Shown one piece after another: positions 28,515-37,701 of a stretch of 64,000 nucleotides of DNA. Source of the stretch: Chloroflexota bacterium (GTDB lineage: Bacteria > Chloroflexota > Dehalococcoidia > SHYB01); NCBI GenBank assembly GCA_016875535.1, contig VGPF01000004.1, positions 1,588 through 65,587 on the forward strand. The letters are read 5' to 3'. The notes beneath the pieces were generated by a model that saw only the letters and a list, made by a program, of their open reading frames with translations, made no database searches and was not told the origin of the DNA. The translations under genes were made by a program, and so were the position numbers. Each line of letters starts with the position of its first letter. Position 1 is the stretch's first letter.

Positions 28515-29744
28515 CTACTGCCCGCTCGGGCTGCTCTGGCCCTGGTCCGGCCCCTGCTGAGGCGGCGGGGGCGGCGGCTGGCCCCCCTCATCGCGCCGCT
28601 GGTCCTGGGGGCGCGGGCCCTGCTGCTGGTAGGGCGGGCGCTGATCGCGGCGATCATCGCGCCGGTCATGCCGGGGCGGGCCACCGCGGTCGTCGCGGCG
28701 ATCATCACGGCGGTCGCCCCTGGGCTGATCGCCCCGGGGCTGGTCCCGGCGGTCGTCGCGGCGCTGGTTGTCCTGGCGGGGCTCGTTGCGGCGGTCGTCG
28801 CGCCGATCATCTCTGCGGTCGCCTCGCGGGCCGCCTCTGCGGTCGTCGCGGCGGTCGCGCTCCTGGGGCGGGCGCGGCTCGACGCGCCCCATGCCTTCGG
28901 CGGCGCTGGGCGCGGCGGGCACGGGGACGGGAAGAGGCTTGGCGGGGGCGGCGCCGCTCAGCTCGGCCATGGAGACTTCCACCCATGCGCCGCTTTCCAG
29001 CTGGACGGTGACGGTCTGCTTGAGGGGGTGGCCGACGACGACGCGGGCGGGGCCGTTGGCTGTGGGTACGGTCGCGCCGATCTTGGGGAGGCCCTGCTTC
29101 AGCTCGCGGTACTGCTCATACTCATAGCGGAGGCAGCAGCGGAGCCTTCCACAGACCCCCGCCAGCCCCGGGGGGCTGAGGGGAAGGTCCTGCTCTTTCG
29201 CCATCTTCATCGTGACCGGCGCGAACTCTGTGAGCCAGCTGCTGCAGCAGAGTTCGCGCCCGCAGCGTCCCAGTCCGCCGAGGGCCTTGGTATGGTCCCG
29301 CGGCCCAAGCTGCTTCAGGTCTATCTTCCCGGCGTGCTTGGCGCCCAGGCGCTGGAGGATGGGGCGGAATTCGATGCGCTCTTCGCTGGTGTAGCTCACG
29401 GTGAGGCGCTCGCCCGTGAGGTCAATGAAGGCCTCGACGATCTTCATCTCGAGATTGAGGTCGCGCACGATGGCGCGGGCCTCGTTATAGATCTCGTCGG
29501 CGCGGGCCTTGTTGCGGTCGCGGGCGGCCAGGTCCTCAGGGGCGGCCTTGCGGACGATCCTGGGCAAGGAGCCCTTGATCTTCTGCATCAGCACCTGGGT
29601 GGGGGCGATGGCGACGAGCCCCGTCTCCAGGCCGCGCTCGGTCTCGACGACGGCCGATTCGGCGACGGCGAACTCCTCGTCCCCAGGGTCGAAGTACTGG
29701 ACCTTGCCAGCCTTCATGAATCGTAAGCCGACGACTCCTGCCAT
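28515..29744 (-). CDS. ricT: PSP1-domain protein RicT/YaaT with long Arg/Asp-rich C-terminal tail
   Basis: PSP1 core GRCGRELCCSSWL. Conserved position downstream of holB. Confidence 0.75.
   Translation of the reverse strand: MAGVVGLRFMKAGKVQYFDPGDEEFAVAESAVVETERGLETGLVAIAPTQVLMQKIKGSLPRIVRKAAPEDLAARDRNKARADEIYNEARAIVRDLNLEMKIVEAFIDLTGERLTVSYTSEERIEFRPILQRLGAKHAGKIDLKQLGPRDHTKALGGLGRCGRELCCSSWLTEFAPVTMKMAKEQDLPLSPPGLAGVCGRLRCCLRYEYEQYRELKQGLPKIGATVPTANGPARVVVGHPLKQTVTVQLESGAWVEVSMAELSGAAPAKPLPVPVPAAPSAAEGMGRVEPRPPQERDRRDDRRGGPRGDRRDDRRDDRRNEPRQDNQRRDDRRDQPRGDQPRGDRRDDRRDDRGGPPRHDRRDDRRDQRPPYQQQGPRPQDQRRDEGGQPPPPPPQQGPDQGQSSPSGQ
28530..28900 (-). repeat. Imperfect tandem repeats encoding the (RDDRR)n-like tail
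   Basis: Recurring gcggtcgtcgcggcg units on the forward strand. Confidence 0.7.
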
Positions 29745-29756
29745 GTCTGCTCTGAT

Positions 29757-30815
29757 CTAGACCTGTTCCGCTTCCGGCTCGGCCGCGGGCCGCCCTGTTG
29801 GAGCGGGCTCCGCCGCCTTCACCAGCGGCAGGTTCAACGCAAAAGTTTCGAGGGTCAAGCGCGGGTTGGCGTTCAACTGCAGCCGCGCTATGGCCGACTC
29901 GGTTTCCCGGATGGCCCCCGCCAGCTCAGCCAGCGTGAGCGACCCGGTCATCCTCTCCAGCATATCACGCCTATCGGCGTTGACGACGGCCTGGGGCGAC
30001 CCGCCCTTCAGCAGGAGGGCGTCCCGCCAGAGCCGGCGCAAGAGGGCGAGGGCCTCATAGGACTCCTCCCGCCTGCGGGAGAAGTCCTGGGCCATGCGCC
30101 CCGCCAGCTGGAGGCGCTCCACATAACCCGACTCGATAAGCTCGACGGCCTCATCCACCAGGTCGCGGCGGGTTTCCTCCACGGCGGGGTTCTGCGCCGC
30201 CGCCAGGGCCCAGCCGATGCGCCCCTCGGAGAGGCGGGCGAGCTCGCGGGCGCGCTCCTTATCGGTACCGTGGAGCTTCATCAGGGCATCGGTGATGGCC
30301 TGTTCCGGCACGGAGCGGAGGTCGTAGACGCGGCAGCGGGAGACGATGGTGGGGAGGAGCTTCGCCGGCTCACGAGAGAGGAGGAGGATGCAGACCTGCG
30401 CGGGAGGCTCCTCCAGCGTCTTCAAGAGGCGGTTGGCGGCGTTCACGTTCAACAGCTCGGCGTTTTCGATGATGAAGACCCTGTGCGCGCCTTCGAAAGG
30501 AGCCAGGCTGGCCATCTCCTGCAGGGCCTCCACCTGCTTGATGCTGATCTCTTTCTGCGTCTCTTCGCCGTCTCCCCCCAAGCCCACCACCTGCACATCG
30601 GCGTGCTTGCCATCCAGGATGCGCTTGCACTGGGCGCAGGCGCCGCAGGGCTTGCCATCGGCGAGGCAGTTGAGGGCGCAGGCCAGCTGCATCGCGAGGG
30701 TCATCTTGCCGATGCCCTGGGGACCGGTGAAGAGGTAGGCGTGGGCCAGCTTTCCATCCTTGACCGATTGGGCCAGGGCTAGGACCACCCGCTCATGCCC
30801 GATGACGTTCCACAT
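29757..30815 (-). CDS. holB: DNA polymerase III delta' subunit
   Basis: AAA+ Walker A FTGPQGIGK. Zinc module C-x8-C-x2-C-x2-C. SRC motif. Confidence 0.85.
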   Translation of the reverse strand: MWNVIGHERVVLALAQSVKDGKLAHAYLFTGPQGIGKMTLAMQLACALNCLADGKPCGACAQCKRILDGKHADVQVVGLGGDGEETQKEISIKQVEALQEMASLAPFEGAHRVFIIENAELLNVNAANRLLKTLEEPPAQVCILLLSREPAKLLPTIVSRCRVYDLRSVPEQAITDALMKLHGTDKERARELARLSEGRIGWALAAAQNPAVEETRRDLVDEAVELIESGYVERLQLAGRMAQDFSRRREESYEALALLRRLWRDALLLKGGSPQAVVNADRRDMLERMTGSLTLAELAGAIRETESAIARLQLNANPRLTLETFALNLPLVKAAEPAPTGRPAAEPEAEQV

Positions 30816-30893
30816 AGAAAGAACCTGAGTGATCCAGGGGCAAAGCGCCCTGGGGCAGAAATACTATCGTGCACTTCTGCTCACGATAGTCTT

Positions 30894-30949
30894 CACCCTC
30901 TCCTCTCGGGCTACGCTCGAGTTCCTCTCCCATCGAGGGAGAGGAGGAT
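30894..30949 (+). repeat. Hairpin repeat element copy A (CACCCTCTCCTCTCGGGCTACGCTCGAGTTCCTCTCCCATCGAGGGAGAGGAGG)
   Basis: Terminal hairpin CCTCTCCC-atcga-GGGAGAGG. Near-identical copies at 52305 (inverted) and 54313. Confidence 0.8.
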
Positions 30950-30985
30950 TCGCATCAGGACGCTGTCCGAAATACAAAGGTCTCC

Positions 30986-32305
30986 TTACAGCACTTCGTT
31001 CCGCATCAAGTCTTCCGCGGTCTCCCGCCTGCGCCACAGCTTGGACCTGCCCTTATTGACGAGGACGATGGCCGGGCGCGAGACGGCGTTGTAGTTGCTG
31101 GACATGGCGATGCAGTAGGCGCCGGAGGCCGGGATGGCGATGATATCGCCGGCCCGGACCTTCGGCAGTTTGTAGTCCTTGATGAGCACGTCGCCGGATT
31201 CGCAGTATTTCCCGGCGATGGTCACCTTCTCGCGCTCCTTGGACTCGACGCGGTTGGCGACGAAGGCCTCATACTTGGAGCCGTAGATGGCGGGGCGGAT
31301 GTTATCCCCCATGCCGCCGTCCACGGAGACGTATTTGCGGACGCCGGGGATCGTCTTGGTCGCGCCGACGGTGTAGAGGGCGACACCCGCGCGACCGACG
31401 ATGGAGCGGCCGGGCTCCAGCACGAGCTTCGGCAGATCGAACTTGTGCCGCTTGCAGGCGGCCTTGAGCGCCGCCGTGATGGTCTCGGCGTAGTTCGCCA
31501 GGGGCGGCGGCGCCTTGTCCACGACGTACCGGATGGGAAAGCCGCCGCCGGGGCTGAACTCCAGCAGCTTCAGGCCGTGTTTGTCCCTCGCCTTGGCGAT
31601 GAAGCCGAAGATGACGTTGATCCCTTCGGCGTAGGGCGCCACTTCATAGATCGGCGAGCCGAGGTGGATATGGATGCCGATGAGGTTGAGGCTCCTGGCC
31701 TCTTGGGCCAGCCGCACGGCCTCCATCGCCTGCCCGTTCTCCAAGGTGAAGCCGAACTTGCTGTCCGTGATGCCCGTGGTGGTCTTGTGGTGCGTGTGGG
31801 GGTCCACGCCGGGGGAGATGCGCAGGAGGATGTCCTGCTTGCGCTTCGCCTTGGCGGCCAGCTCGTCCAGCAGCTTCAGCTCATGGAAGTTGTCCACGAC
31901 GATGCGCCCGATCTTCCACTTGAGCGCGAGCTCCAGCTCATCGGGCGTCTTGTTGTTGCCGTGGAAGTAGGCGCGCTCCGCCGGAAGGCCCGCAGCCCTG
32001 GCGATGGCGGCTTCGTTCCCGGAGACGACGTCCAGCCCGAGCCCCTCTTCGGCGATGAGCTTCACCAGCGGCGCGAGGAGGAGGGCCTTGGAGGCGTAGA
32101 GGACCTGCACCGATGGGTAGCGCTTGCCGAACTCCTGCTTGTAGGAGCGGCACTGGGAGCGGAGGGTCTGCTCATCGAAGACGTAGAGGGGCGTGCCGTA
32201 GGTCTTGGCCAGCGCGGCGGCCTCGATGCCGCCGATGCTCAGCCGGTTGTCCGGCCCGATGACCGCCGTCTTAGGAAAGATGGGAAGGATGGGATTGGAG
32301 GGCAT
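30986..32305 (-). CDS. lysA: Diaminopimelate decarboxylase
   Basis: PLP fold-III decarboxylase motifs. 439 aa with full-length similarity to LysA. Confidence 0.9.
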   Translation of the reverse strand: MPSNPILPIFPKTAVIGPDNRLSIGGIEAAALAKTYGTPLYVFDEQTLRSQCRSYKQEFGKRYPSVQVLYASKALLLAPLVKLIAEEGLGLDVVSGNEAAIARAAGLPAERAYFHGNNKTPDELELALKWKIGRIVVDNFHELKLLDELAAKAKRKQDILLRISPGVDPHTHHKTTTGITDSKFGFTLENGQAMEAVRLAQEARSLNLIGIHIHLGSPIYEVAPYAEGINVIFGFIAKARDKHGLKLLEFSPGGGFPIRYVVDKAPPPLANYAETITAALKAACKRHKFDLPKLVLEPGRSIVGRAGVALYTVGATKTIPGVRKYVSVDGGMGDNIRPAIYGSKYEAFVANRVESKEREKVTIAGKYCESGDVLIKDYKLPKVRAGDIIAIPASGAYCIAMSSNYNAVSRPAIVLVNKGRSKLWRRRETAEDLMRNEVL

Positions 32306-32432
32306 AGCGTCTCTGCTTAGTGAAGAGGAAGGCCGGGATGGAAGGCTTGCGCCGCCCGGTTCGCACTTCTGAAGGTTGGCACCATGCTACCCAGGGGCGC
32401 CCCGGCGTGTCAATTTGTGACAGGAAGGCGGC

Positions 32433-32807
32433 CTAGCGGCGCCGGGAAGAGGCGCGGACCTTGCGCGAAGGGGTCTTCTTGGGGCCGACGGGCTTCAAGC
32501 GGCGGCCCTTGAGCACGACGCGCGGCTCATAGCCCAGGGCGACGGCCATCTTGGCGATGGTGGTGAGGGTCATGTTGGGCGGCGCGCTCATGACCTTGGA
32601 GACGTGAGCCTGGGAGACGCCCATCTGCCGGGCGAGCCAGGCTCGGGTGAGCTTGCGCCGCCGCAGCTCCCGCGCGACGGACTCGGTGACCTCCATGGCG
32701 AGGCCGATGGCGATGTAGACGGGGTCGTTGCGGTATTCGTCCGCCCATTGTTGAAGCAGAGGCTTCTCACTGGTTTCCGTATAGTACCGCCGTGGATTTG
32801 TGGTCAT
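32433..32807 (-). CDS. HigA-like XRE-family HTH antitoxin
   Basis: HTH 'LTRAWLARQMGVSQAHVSKV'. Downstream of the toxin gene (HigBA gene order). Confidence 0.65.
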   Translation of the reverse strand: MTTNPRRYYTETSEKPLLQQWADEYRNDPVYIAIGLAMEVTESVARELRRRKLTRAWLARQMGVSQAHVSKVMSAPPNMTLTTIAKMAVALGYEPRVVLKGRRLKPVGPKKTPSRKVRASSRRR

Positions 32808-32812
32808 TAACG

Positions 32813-33196
32813 CTATCCCTTCGGGCGCATCCATGTGAGAATCACGTCGCGGTATCGCTCTGCTCTCTCGAACTCCGGTTCGGGCGGCGCGCCCTTGTGA
32901 AATCCTCCCAAGAAGGCGATATCTCCATTGGGCAGGAGGGAATAGAGGAGCCTGTCCCCCTGATGCGACTTAAGCTCGAAGAGGTTCTTCCTCCCTTTGA
33001 TTTGGCGCGAGATCGCTGTGTTTGCGACTGGGCCGTGATTCGCAAGGCTCTCCGATCGTCGAACAAGGGCCTCGGCAGAGTTCCTGTTCGTCCGACGCAG
33101 CCGCTCCAGAAAGTCCATCGCAGGGGACCTTCCGGAACTATCGTACAGCGCCACTACTTTATGCAGCCTGCCGTGATAGACAACATCAAGTCGCAT
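32813..33196 (-). CDS. RelE/ParE-superfamily (HigB/Gp49-like) toxin
   Basis: ~125 aa, upstream partner of the HTH antitoxin. The family assignment is by weak similarity and gene order. Confidence 0.5.
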   Translation of the reverse strand: MRLDVVYHGRLHKVVALYDSSGRSPAMDFLERLRRTNRNSAEALVRRSESLANHGPVANTAISRQIKGRKNLFELKSHQGDRLLYSLLPNGDIAFLGGFHKGAPPEPEFERAERYRDVILTWMRPKG

Positions 33197-33333
33197 AGTA
33201 ACTCACAAGTTAAGTCTTGTCCACAGCCCGCGCCGTCGCTCGCAACGCACGCCACAAGTATTCGGCCCGTCCCCCGCGCCTGTCCAGGGGCGGTTGGCAC
33301 ACCCCCCGCACAAGGGGCCCCATCCCTGCGACA

Positions 33334-34755
33334 ATGGGTGCCAAGGAACACACCGTGTCCGAACTCTCCCTCACCTTCCTCGGCGCCGCCGGGACTGTCA
33401 CCGGCTCGAAGTATCTTCTCCGCTTCGGCCGCGCGACCTACCTCATTGATTGCGGCCTCTTCCAGGGGAATGACGACCTAGAGCAGCGGGACCGCCAGCC
33501 CTTCTTCATAGATCCGCGCAGGATCACCGCCGTCATCCTCTCCCACGCGCACATTGACCACTCGGGCTATCTGCCCAAGCTCGTGAAGGACGGCTTCCGC
33601 GGCAAGGTCTTCGCCTCCCAGGGAACCCGCGACCTGGCGCAGATCATGCTCCCCGATTCGGGGCGCTTGCAGGAGGAGCAGGCCGCCTACGCGAACAAGC
33701 TGGGCTACTCCAAGCACCGTCCCGCGGTCCCGCTTTACACGGAGAGGGACGCCGAGCGCGCCCTGCGGCTCATCCGCGCGGTGCGCCCGAACGAGCCGAC
33801 CAAGGTGGGCGAGCACATCAGCGTCACGATGCGCCGCGCCGGCCACATCCTCGGCTCCTCTATCCTCGAATTCACCGTGGAGCTGCGCCGCCGCCGCGCG
33901 GCCATCGTCTTCTCCGGCGACCTGGGCCGCTACGACCGCGTCTTCATGAAGCCGCCGGAGCCGGTGACGGAGGCCGACTACCTGGTGGTGGAGTCCACCT
34001 ACGGCCATCGCGCGCACCCGGCGACCTCGGTGGAAGAGCAGCTCGCCGAAGTCGTCAACAAAGTCGCGCAACGGAAAGGGGTCCTGCTCATGCCGGCCTT
34101 CGCGGTGGGGCGCACCCAGCGGATGCTCTACCACCTGCGCCGGCTGCAGGATAGCGGACGCATCCCGGATATCCCTGTCTATGTGGACAGCCCCATGGCG
34201 AGCGATGTTTCGGAGGTCTACTGCCGCCATAGCGACGAGCATGAGCTGAGCGTGGCGCTCCTCAAAGACCCGGAGCGCTGCCCCCTGCATGCGCACCGCC
34301 TGCGCTTCGTCCGCACGGTGGAGGAATCGAAGCGGCTCAACGATATGCCGGGCCCGATGATCATCATCGCCGCCAGCGGCATGTGCGAAGGCGGGCGCAT
34401 CGTGCATCACCTGAAGCACCGCCTGCCGGATCCGGCGACGACGGTGCTGTTCGTGGGCTATCAGGCCCAAGGCACCAGGGGGCGGCGCCTTTTGAGCGGC
34501 GAGAAGACGGAGCGCATCCACGGCCAGTTCATCCCCGTGCGCGCCTCCATCGAAGTCATCAACGGGATCTCCGCCCACGCCGATTGGCAGGACACGCTGC
34601 AGTGGCTGAGCAATTTCACCGCCGCGCCGCGCACGCTCTTCATCACCCACGGCGAGCCCGAGGCGCGCGCCGGTCTGAAGCAGCGCATCGCCGAGCGCTT
34701 CGGCTGGGCCGCCGAAGAGCCCGACTACAAGGCAAGCTTCTCACTGGAAATATAA
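33334..34755 (+). CDS. MBL-fold beta-CASP RNA-metabolising hydrolase
   Basis: HxHxDH (SHAHIDHSG), beta-CASP and C-terminal motifs. Confidence 0.8.
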   Translation: MGAKEHTVSELSLTFLGAAGTVTGSKYLLRFGRATYLIDCGLFQGNDDLEQRDRQPFFIDPRRITAVILSHAHIDHSGYLPKLVKDGFRGKVFASQGTRDLAQIMLPDSGRLQEEQAAYANKLGYSKHRPAVPLYTERDAERALRLIRAVRPNEPTKVGEHISVTMRRAGHILGSSILEFTVELRRRRAAIVFSGDLGRYDRVFMKPPEPVTEADYLVVESTYGHRAHPATSVEEQLAEVVNKVAQRKGVLLMPAFAVGRTQRMLYHLRRLQDSGRIPDIPVYVDSPMASDVSEVYCRHSDEHELSVALLKDPERCPLHAHRLRFVRTVEESKRLNDMPGPMIIIAASGMCEGGRIVHHLKHRLPDPATTVLFVGYQAQGTRGRRLLSGEKTERIHGQFIPVRASIEVINGISAHADWQDTLQWLSNFTAAPRTLFITHGEPEARAGLKQRIAERFGWAAEEPDYKASFSLEI

Positions 34756-35276
34756 TGAGAACCATGAAACACCTCCGCATCGCCGCATCCGCCCTCGTCG
34801 CCCTGCTCATCGCGCTGGCCGTCACCGCCTGCGGCGATGACCCGCCGACCATCGGCATCCTGGAGCCGGACCTCGGCGCGAGCACGGAGGCGACGCGACT
34901 CGCCTTCCTGGAAGCGCTCAAGGCCGACGGCTTTGCGGCGGGCGACAACGTGCGCTTCTTCCGCCGGAACTATGAGTTCCGCGACGACCCCTACGACGAG
35001 CTTGCCGACTACCTGGCGAACGAGAAGAAGGTGGACTACTTCTTCGCCATGTCGCCAGAGGCCTTGGATGCCATCGCCAATGTGGCGGGCGGGAGGCCCA
35101 TCGTCTACGCCTTCGCGGGCGGCATCGTGAACCGCCCGCCCAACGCCGTCGGCGTCTCCATCGCCGCCGGGCCGGCGGCCGATCACAAGGGGCTTGGCAG
35201 CGCAGCGGGACACATCATGTCCCAGGTGCTGAGGGGCGTCCCCATCGCGGAGATCCAGGCGCCGGCGATCAGGTGA
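34755..35276 (+). CDS. Lipoprotein resembling an ABC-transporter substrate-binding protein, possibly truncated (174 aa)
   Basis: Lipobox AVTAC. Start overlaps the upstream stop (TAATG). Short for an SBP. Confidence 0.4.
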   Translation: MRTMKHLRIAASALVALLIALAVTACGDDPPTIGILEPDLGASTEATRLAFLEALKADGFAAGDNVRFFRRNYEFRDDPYDELADYLANEKKVDYFFAMSPEALDAIANVAGGRPIVYAFAGGIVNRPPNAVGVSIAAGPAADHKGLGSAAGHIMSQVLRGVPIAEIQAPAIR

Positions 35277-35322
35277 AACGGGCGTGTTATCACGCCATGC
35301 AAAGGACGCATGCCCTGCGCCC

Positions 35323-35940
35323 CTACGGTTTCGACGGGCGCGGGCGTTTCACTTCGTCTATGTTCATCTGAGAGACGAAGAGCGCGTGGAGGCCGTCCCA
35401 GGTCTTGAGGGCATCCTTCGGGTCGTCGCCGGCTGTGATTCGGAGGAAGAAGGCGCTGCCGTTCTCGAAGACAAAGGTCGGCGTGCCGAAGATGCCCAGC
35501 TTCGCCCCGCGCGTGTGGTCTTCGGCCAACCGGGCCAAGATCGCGGGGTCGCGTACATCCTTGTGGAAGCGGGCCATGTCCAGGCCAGCCGCCCGCGCGA
35601 TCTCTTCCATGTCCCCCGGCTCGCTGAACTCCTTCCGCCGCAGGTGCCGGCCCTCCATCAGCGACCAGCGCATGCGCTCGAAGGCCTCCTCCCCCTGGCG
35701 TCGCGCCGCCTCAGCGGCGCGGAAGGCGTGGAGGCCCCGGCTGGGCGTCTCCGGATGCTCCCACAGGCGCCAATCGGGGCCGTTCTTCTGGTTCACCTGG
35801 TCGAGGGCGAAATAGCGGAAGGTCCAGCGCAGCGGCCGTCCAGCGGCCTCCTCAGCCCGCTTCAACAGAAGCGAGGCCTGGTAGACCCAGGGGCAGGTGA
35901 AGTCGCCGTACAGATCGAAGGTTGCTTGCTTTGTGTCCAT
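35323..35940 (-). CDS. DsbA-like thioredoxin-fold protein (single-Cys CPW motif)
   Basis: FTCPWVYQ active-site region. DsbA-like fold features. Confidence 0.6.
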   Translation of the reverse strand: MDTKQATFDLYGDFTCPWVYQASLLLKRAEEAAGRPLRWTFRYFALDQVNQKNGPDWRLWEHPETPSRGLHAFRAAEAARRQGEEAFERMRWSLMEGRHLRRKEFSEPGDMEEIARAAGLDMARFHKDVRDPAILARLAEDHTRGAKLGIFGTPTFVFENGSAFFLRITAGDDPKDALKTWDGLHALFVSQMNIDEVKRPRPSKP

Positions 35941-36161
35941 ATCGCGTGCGCACGTGCGCGCGACATATAGTACCACTGGCCATCCAGACTGAAGAGCTTA
36001 CCCGAAGCCGCCTCTTATGCCGTTGCCCCTCCTCTGAAGCCTATGGTATGCTTTCCGGGTCCTTCTCCCCCTGTGAACGGGGGCATTTCGCCCGGCGCGC
36101 AACCCCAGCGTACCGCCCGGCGTTCCCTGATGGACAAGCGTTGGCGTGAGAGTCTGGTCGG

Positions 36162-36224
36162 CGGGGCGTGCGCGGTCCATAGCGCATCCCGAGCGGCTCG
36201 GGAGGGTTCCGAGTTCGCGATTGT
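36162..36224 (+). pseudogene. Truncated tRNA-like fragment (acceptor and D-arm intact, aberrant anticodon arm, partial T-arm)
   Basis: CGGGGCG-TG-CGCG...GCGC...GGTTCCGAGTTCG mirrors tRNA-Pro positions 1-25 and 45-58. Bounded by 24-bp direct repeats GTGAGAGTCTGGTCGGCGGGGCGT at 36146 and 36225. Confidence 0.55.
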
Positions 36225-36240
36225 GTGAGAGTCTGGTCGG

Positions 36241-36317
36241 CGGGGCGTAGCGCAGCCCGGTAGCGCACCTGCATGGGGTGCAGGGGGTCCCGAGTTCAAA
36301 TCTCGGCGCCCCGACCA
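36241..36317 (+). tRNA. tRNA-Pro (anticodon GGG)
   Basis: Manual fold: C1:G72 (hallmark of bacterial tRNA-Pro). D-stem GCGC. Anticodon stem CCTGC/GCAGG with loop AT-GGG-GT. T-arm CCGAG-TTCAAAT-CTCGG. Encoded CCA. Confidence 0.85.
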
Positions 36318-36351
36318 GTTCTTCTTTTCTCTACCACAGGCCTTAGGCCGA

Positions 36352-36403
36352 CTGCATGGGGCGCGAGGGGGTCCTCCGGTGCAGAACCGGAGCGCCCCGA
36401 CCA
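36352..36403 (+). pseudogene. Diverged tRNA 3'-half fragment (anticodon loop through ACCA)
   Basis: CTGCATGGGG...TCCTCCGG-TGCAGAA-CCGGAG-CGCCCCG-ACCA parallels the tRNA-Pro 3' half. Lies 35 nt downstream of the intact tRNA. Confidence 0.5.
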
Positions 36404-36470
36404 GTCTTTCCGCCTGCATTGACGCTCGCCGCGCCGTGGCATAGGCTGGCGGCCATAGGAGGCTGAGGCC

Positions 36471-37628
36471 ATGGCGAGAAACGGCCACCCCGTCGCCGAT
36501 TGCGATATGCACGTCATCGAGCCGCCGGACCTGTGGCAGCGCTACATGGAGCCTGCCTACAAGCACGCCGCCCCGATAGGCTTCGCCGAATCGCCGCGCG
36601 ACCTGCGCATCCGCATCAAGTGGCAGATCCTGCCCCACAGCGGCGCGACGCGCTTCGTGGACAGGCAGCCCCTCGCCTGGCACAAGCAGCGCGAAGACCT
36701 CTACGAATCGGCCATCAAGCGCCGCTGGGACCCGGCCTCCCAGCTCGCCGCCATGGAGACGGAAGGGCTGGACTACGCCCTTCTCTTCCCGACGCGCGGG
36801 CTCTTCGCCCTGAGCGTTGATTCACAACAGGCCATCGGCCGCGACGGCCTGAAGCCCGACGAGGCCGCGGCGATCGCCCGCGCCTACAACAACTGGATGG
36901 CCGACTTCGTGAAGGCGGACCCGAAGCGGCTCCTGGGCTGCGGCATGATCGCGCCGCACGATGTGCCCTCGGCGGCGGCGGAGGCGCGACGCTGCGTCCA
37001 AGAACTGGGCTTCAGGGGCGTCTTCCTCGCGCCCGGGTGCGTCAACCGCACGCCCTGGGACAGCCGCCACTATGACCCGCTCTGGGCCGAGCTGCAGCGG
37101 CTCAACGTCCCGGTCCTCTTTCACGGGGGCGGCAGGACCTGCCTCCAGTCCGACTTCTCCTTCGATATCTTCGACAACCTGATGCAGCACCACACCCTCT
37201 CGCAGCCCGTCGGCCTCATGACCGTCGCCGTCAGCCTCACTTCCGGCGGCGTCTTCGAGCGCTTCCCCAAGCTGCGCGCCGGACTTTTGGAGGGCAGCTG
37301 CTCCTGGGCGCAGTGGCTCTTCCACCGGCTCGATGAGCACTACGAATGGCTCCACGAATCGGCGCCCGACCTCACGATGAAGCCCTCCGCATACTTCCGC
37401 CGGAACTGCTTCCTGGCCGTTGATGCCGATGAGCTTCCCGTGAAGCAGTACATCGAGTGGTTCGGCGACGACAACCTGGTCTTTTCGACGGACTATCCCC
37501 ACGGCGACTCGAAGTATCCGCACGCGATAGATTCACTCTTCAAGCTTCCCATCCCCGAAGCCTCCAAGCGCAAGATCGTGTGGGACAACTGGTGCAAGCT
37601 GTACGATATGCCGCCCGGCCGCCCATAA
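36471..37628 (+). CDS. Amidohydrolase-2 (TIM-barrel metal-dependent hydrolase) family protein
   Basis: N-terminal DCDMHV. C-terminal DYPH motif. RBS AGGAGG. Confidence 0.75.
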   Translation: MARNGHPVADCDMHVIEPPDLWQRYMEPAYKHAAPIGFAESPRDLRIRIKWQILPHSGATRFVDRQPLAWHKQREDLYESAIKRRWDPASQLAAMETEGLDYALLFPTRGLFALSVDSQQAIGRDGLKPDEAAAIARAYNNWMADFVKADPKRLLGCGMIAPHDVPSAAAEARRCVQELGFRGVFLAPGCVNRTPWDSRHYDPLWAELQRLNVPVLFHGGGRTCLQSDFSFDIFDNLMQHHTLSQPVGLMTVAVSLTSGGVFERFPKLRAGLLEGSCSWAQWLFHRLDEHYEWLHESAPDLTMKPSAYFRRNCFLAVDADELPVKQYIEWFGDDNLVFSTDYPHGDSKYPHAIDSLFKLPIPEASKRKIVWDNWCKLYDMPPGRP

Positions 37629-37701
37629 CCGGCGCAGCTCTTTACCGATGCACCCCTTCGCCTCCCCGCTATAATCGGCACAGTCCCGTCTGGAGGTCTC
37701 C

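Noticed and set aside
30795-31094. Short ORFs containing LLSGYARVPLPSRE / LSSRATLEFLSH peptides (also 30829..31059, 52123..52383, 52254..52931).
   Set aside because: They are translations of the hairpin repeat element in different copies and frames, not proteins.
32306-32432. Possible lysine (L-box) riboswitch upstream of lysA.
   Set aside because: The leader is only ~125 nt, too short for an L-box, and lacks recognisable conserved helices. Left unannotated.
36015-36683. 222-aa minus-strand ORF covering the tRNA-Pro locus.
   Set aside because: It overlaps a tRNA and its pseudo-copies. No coding signal.
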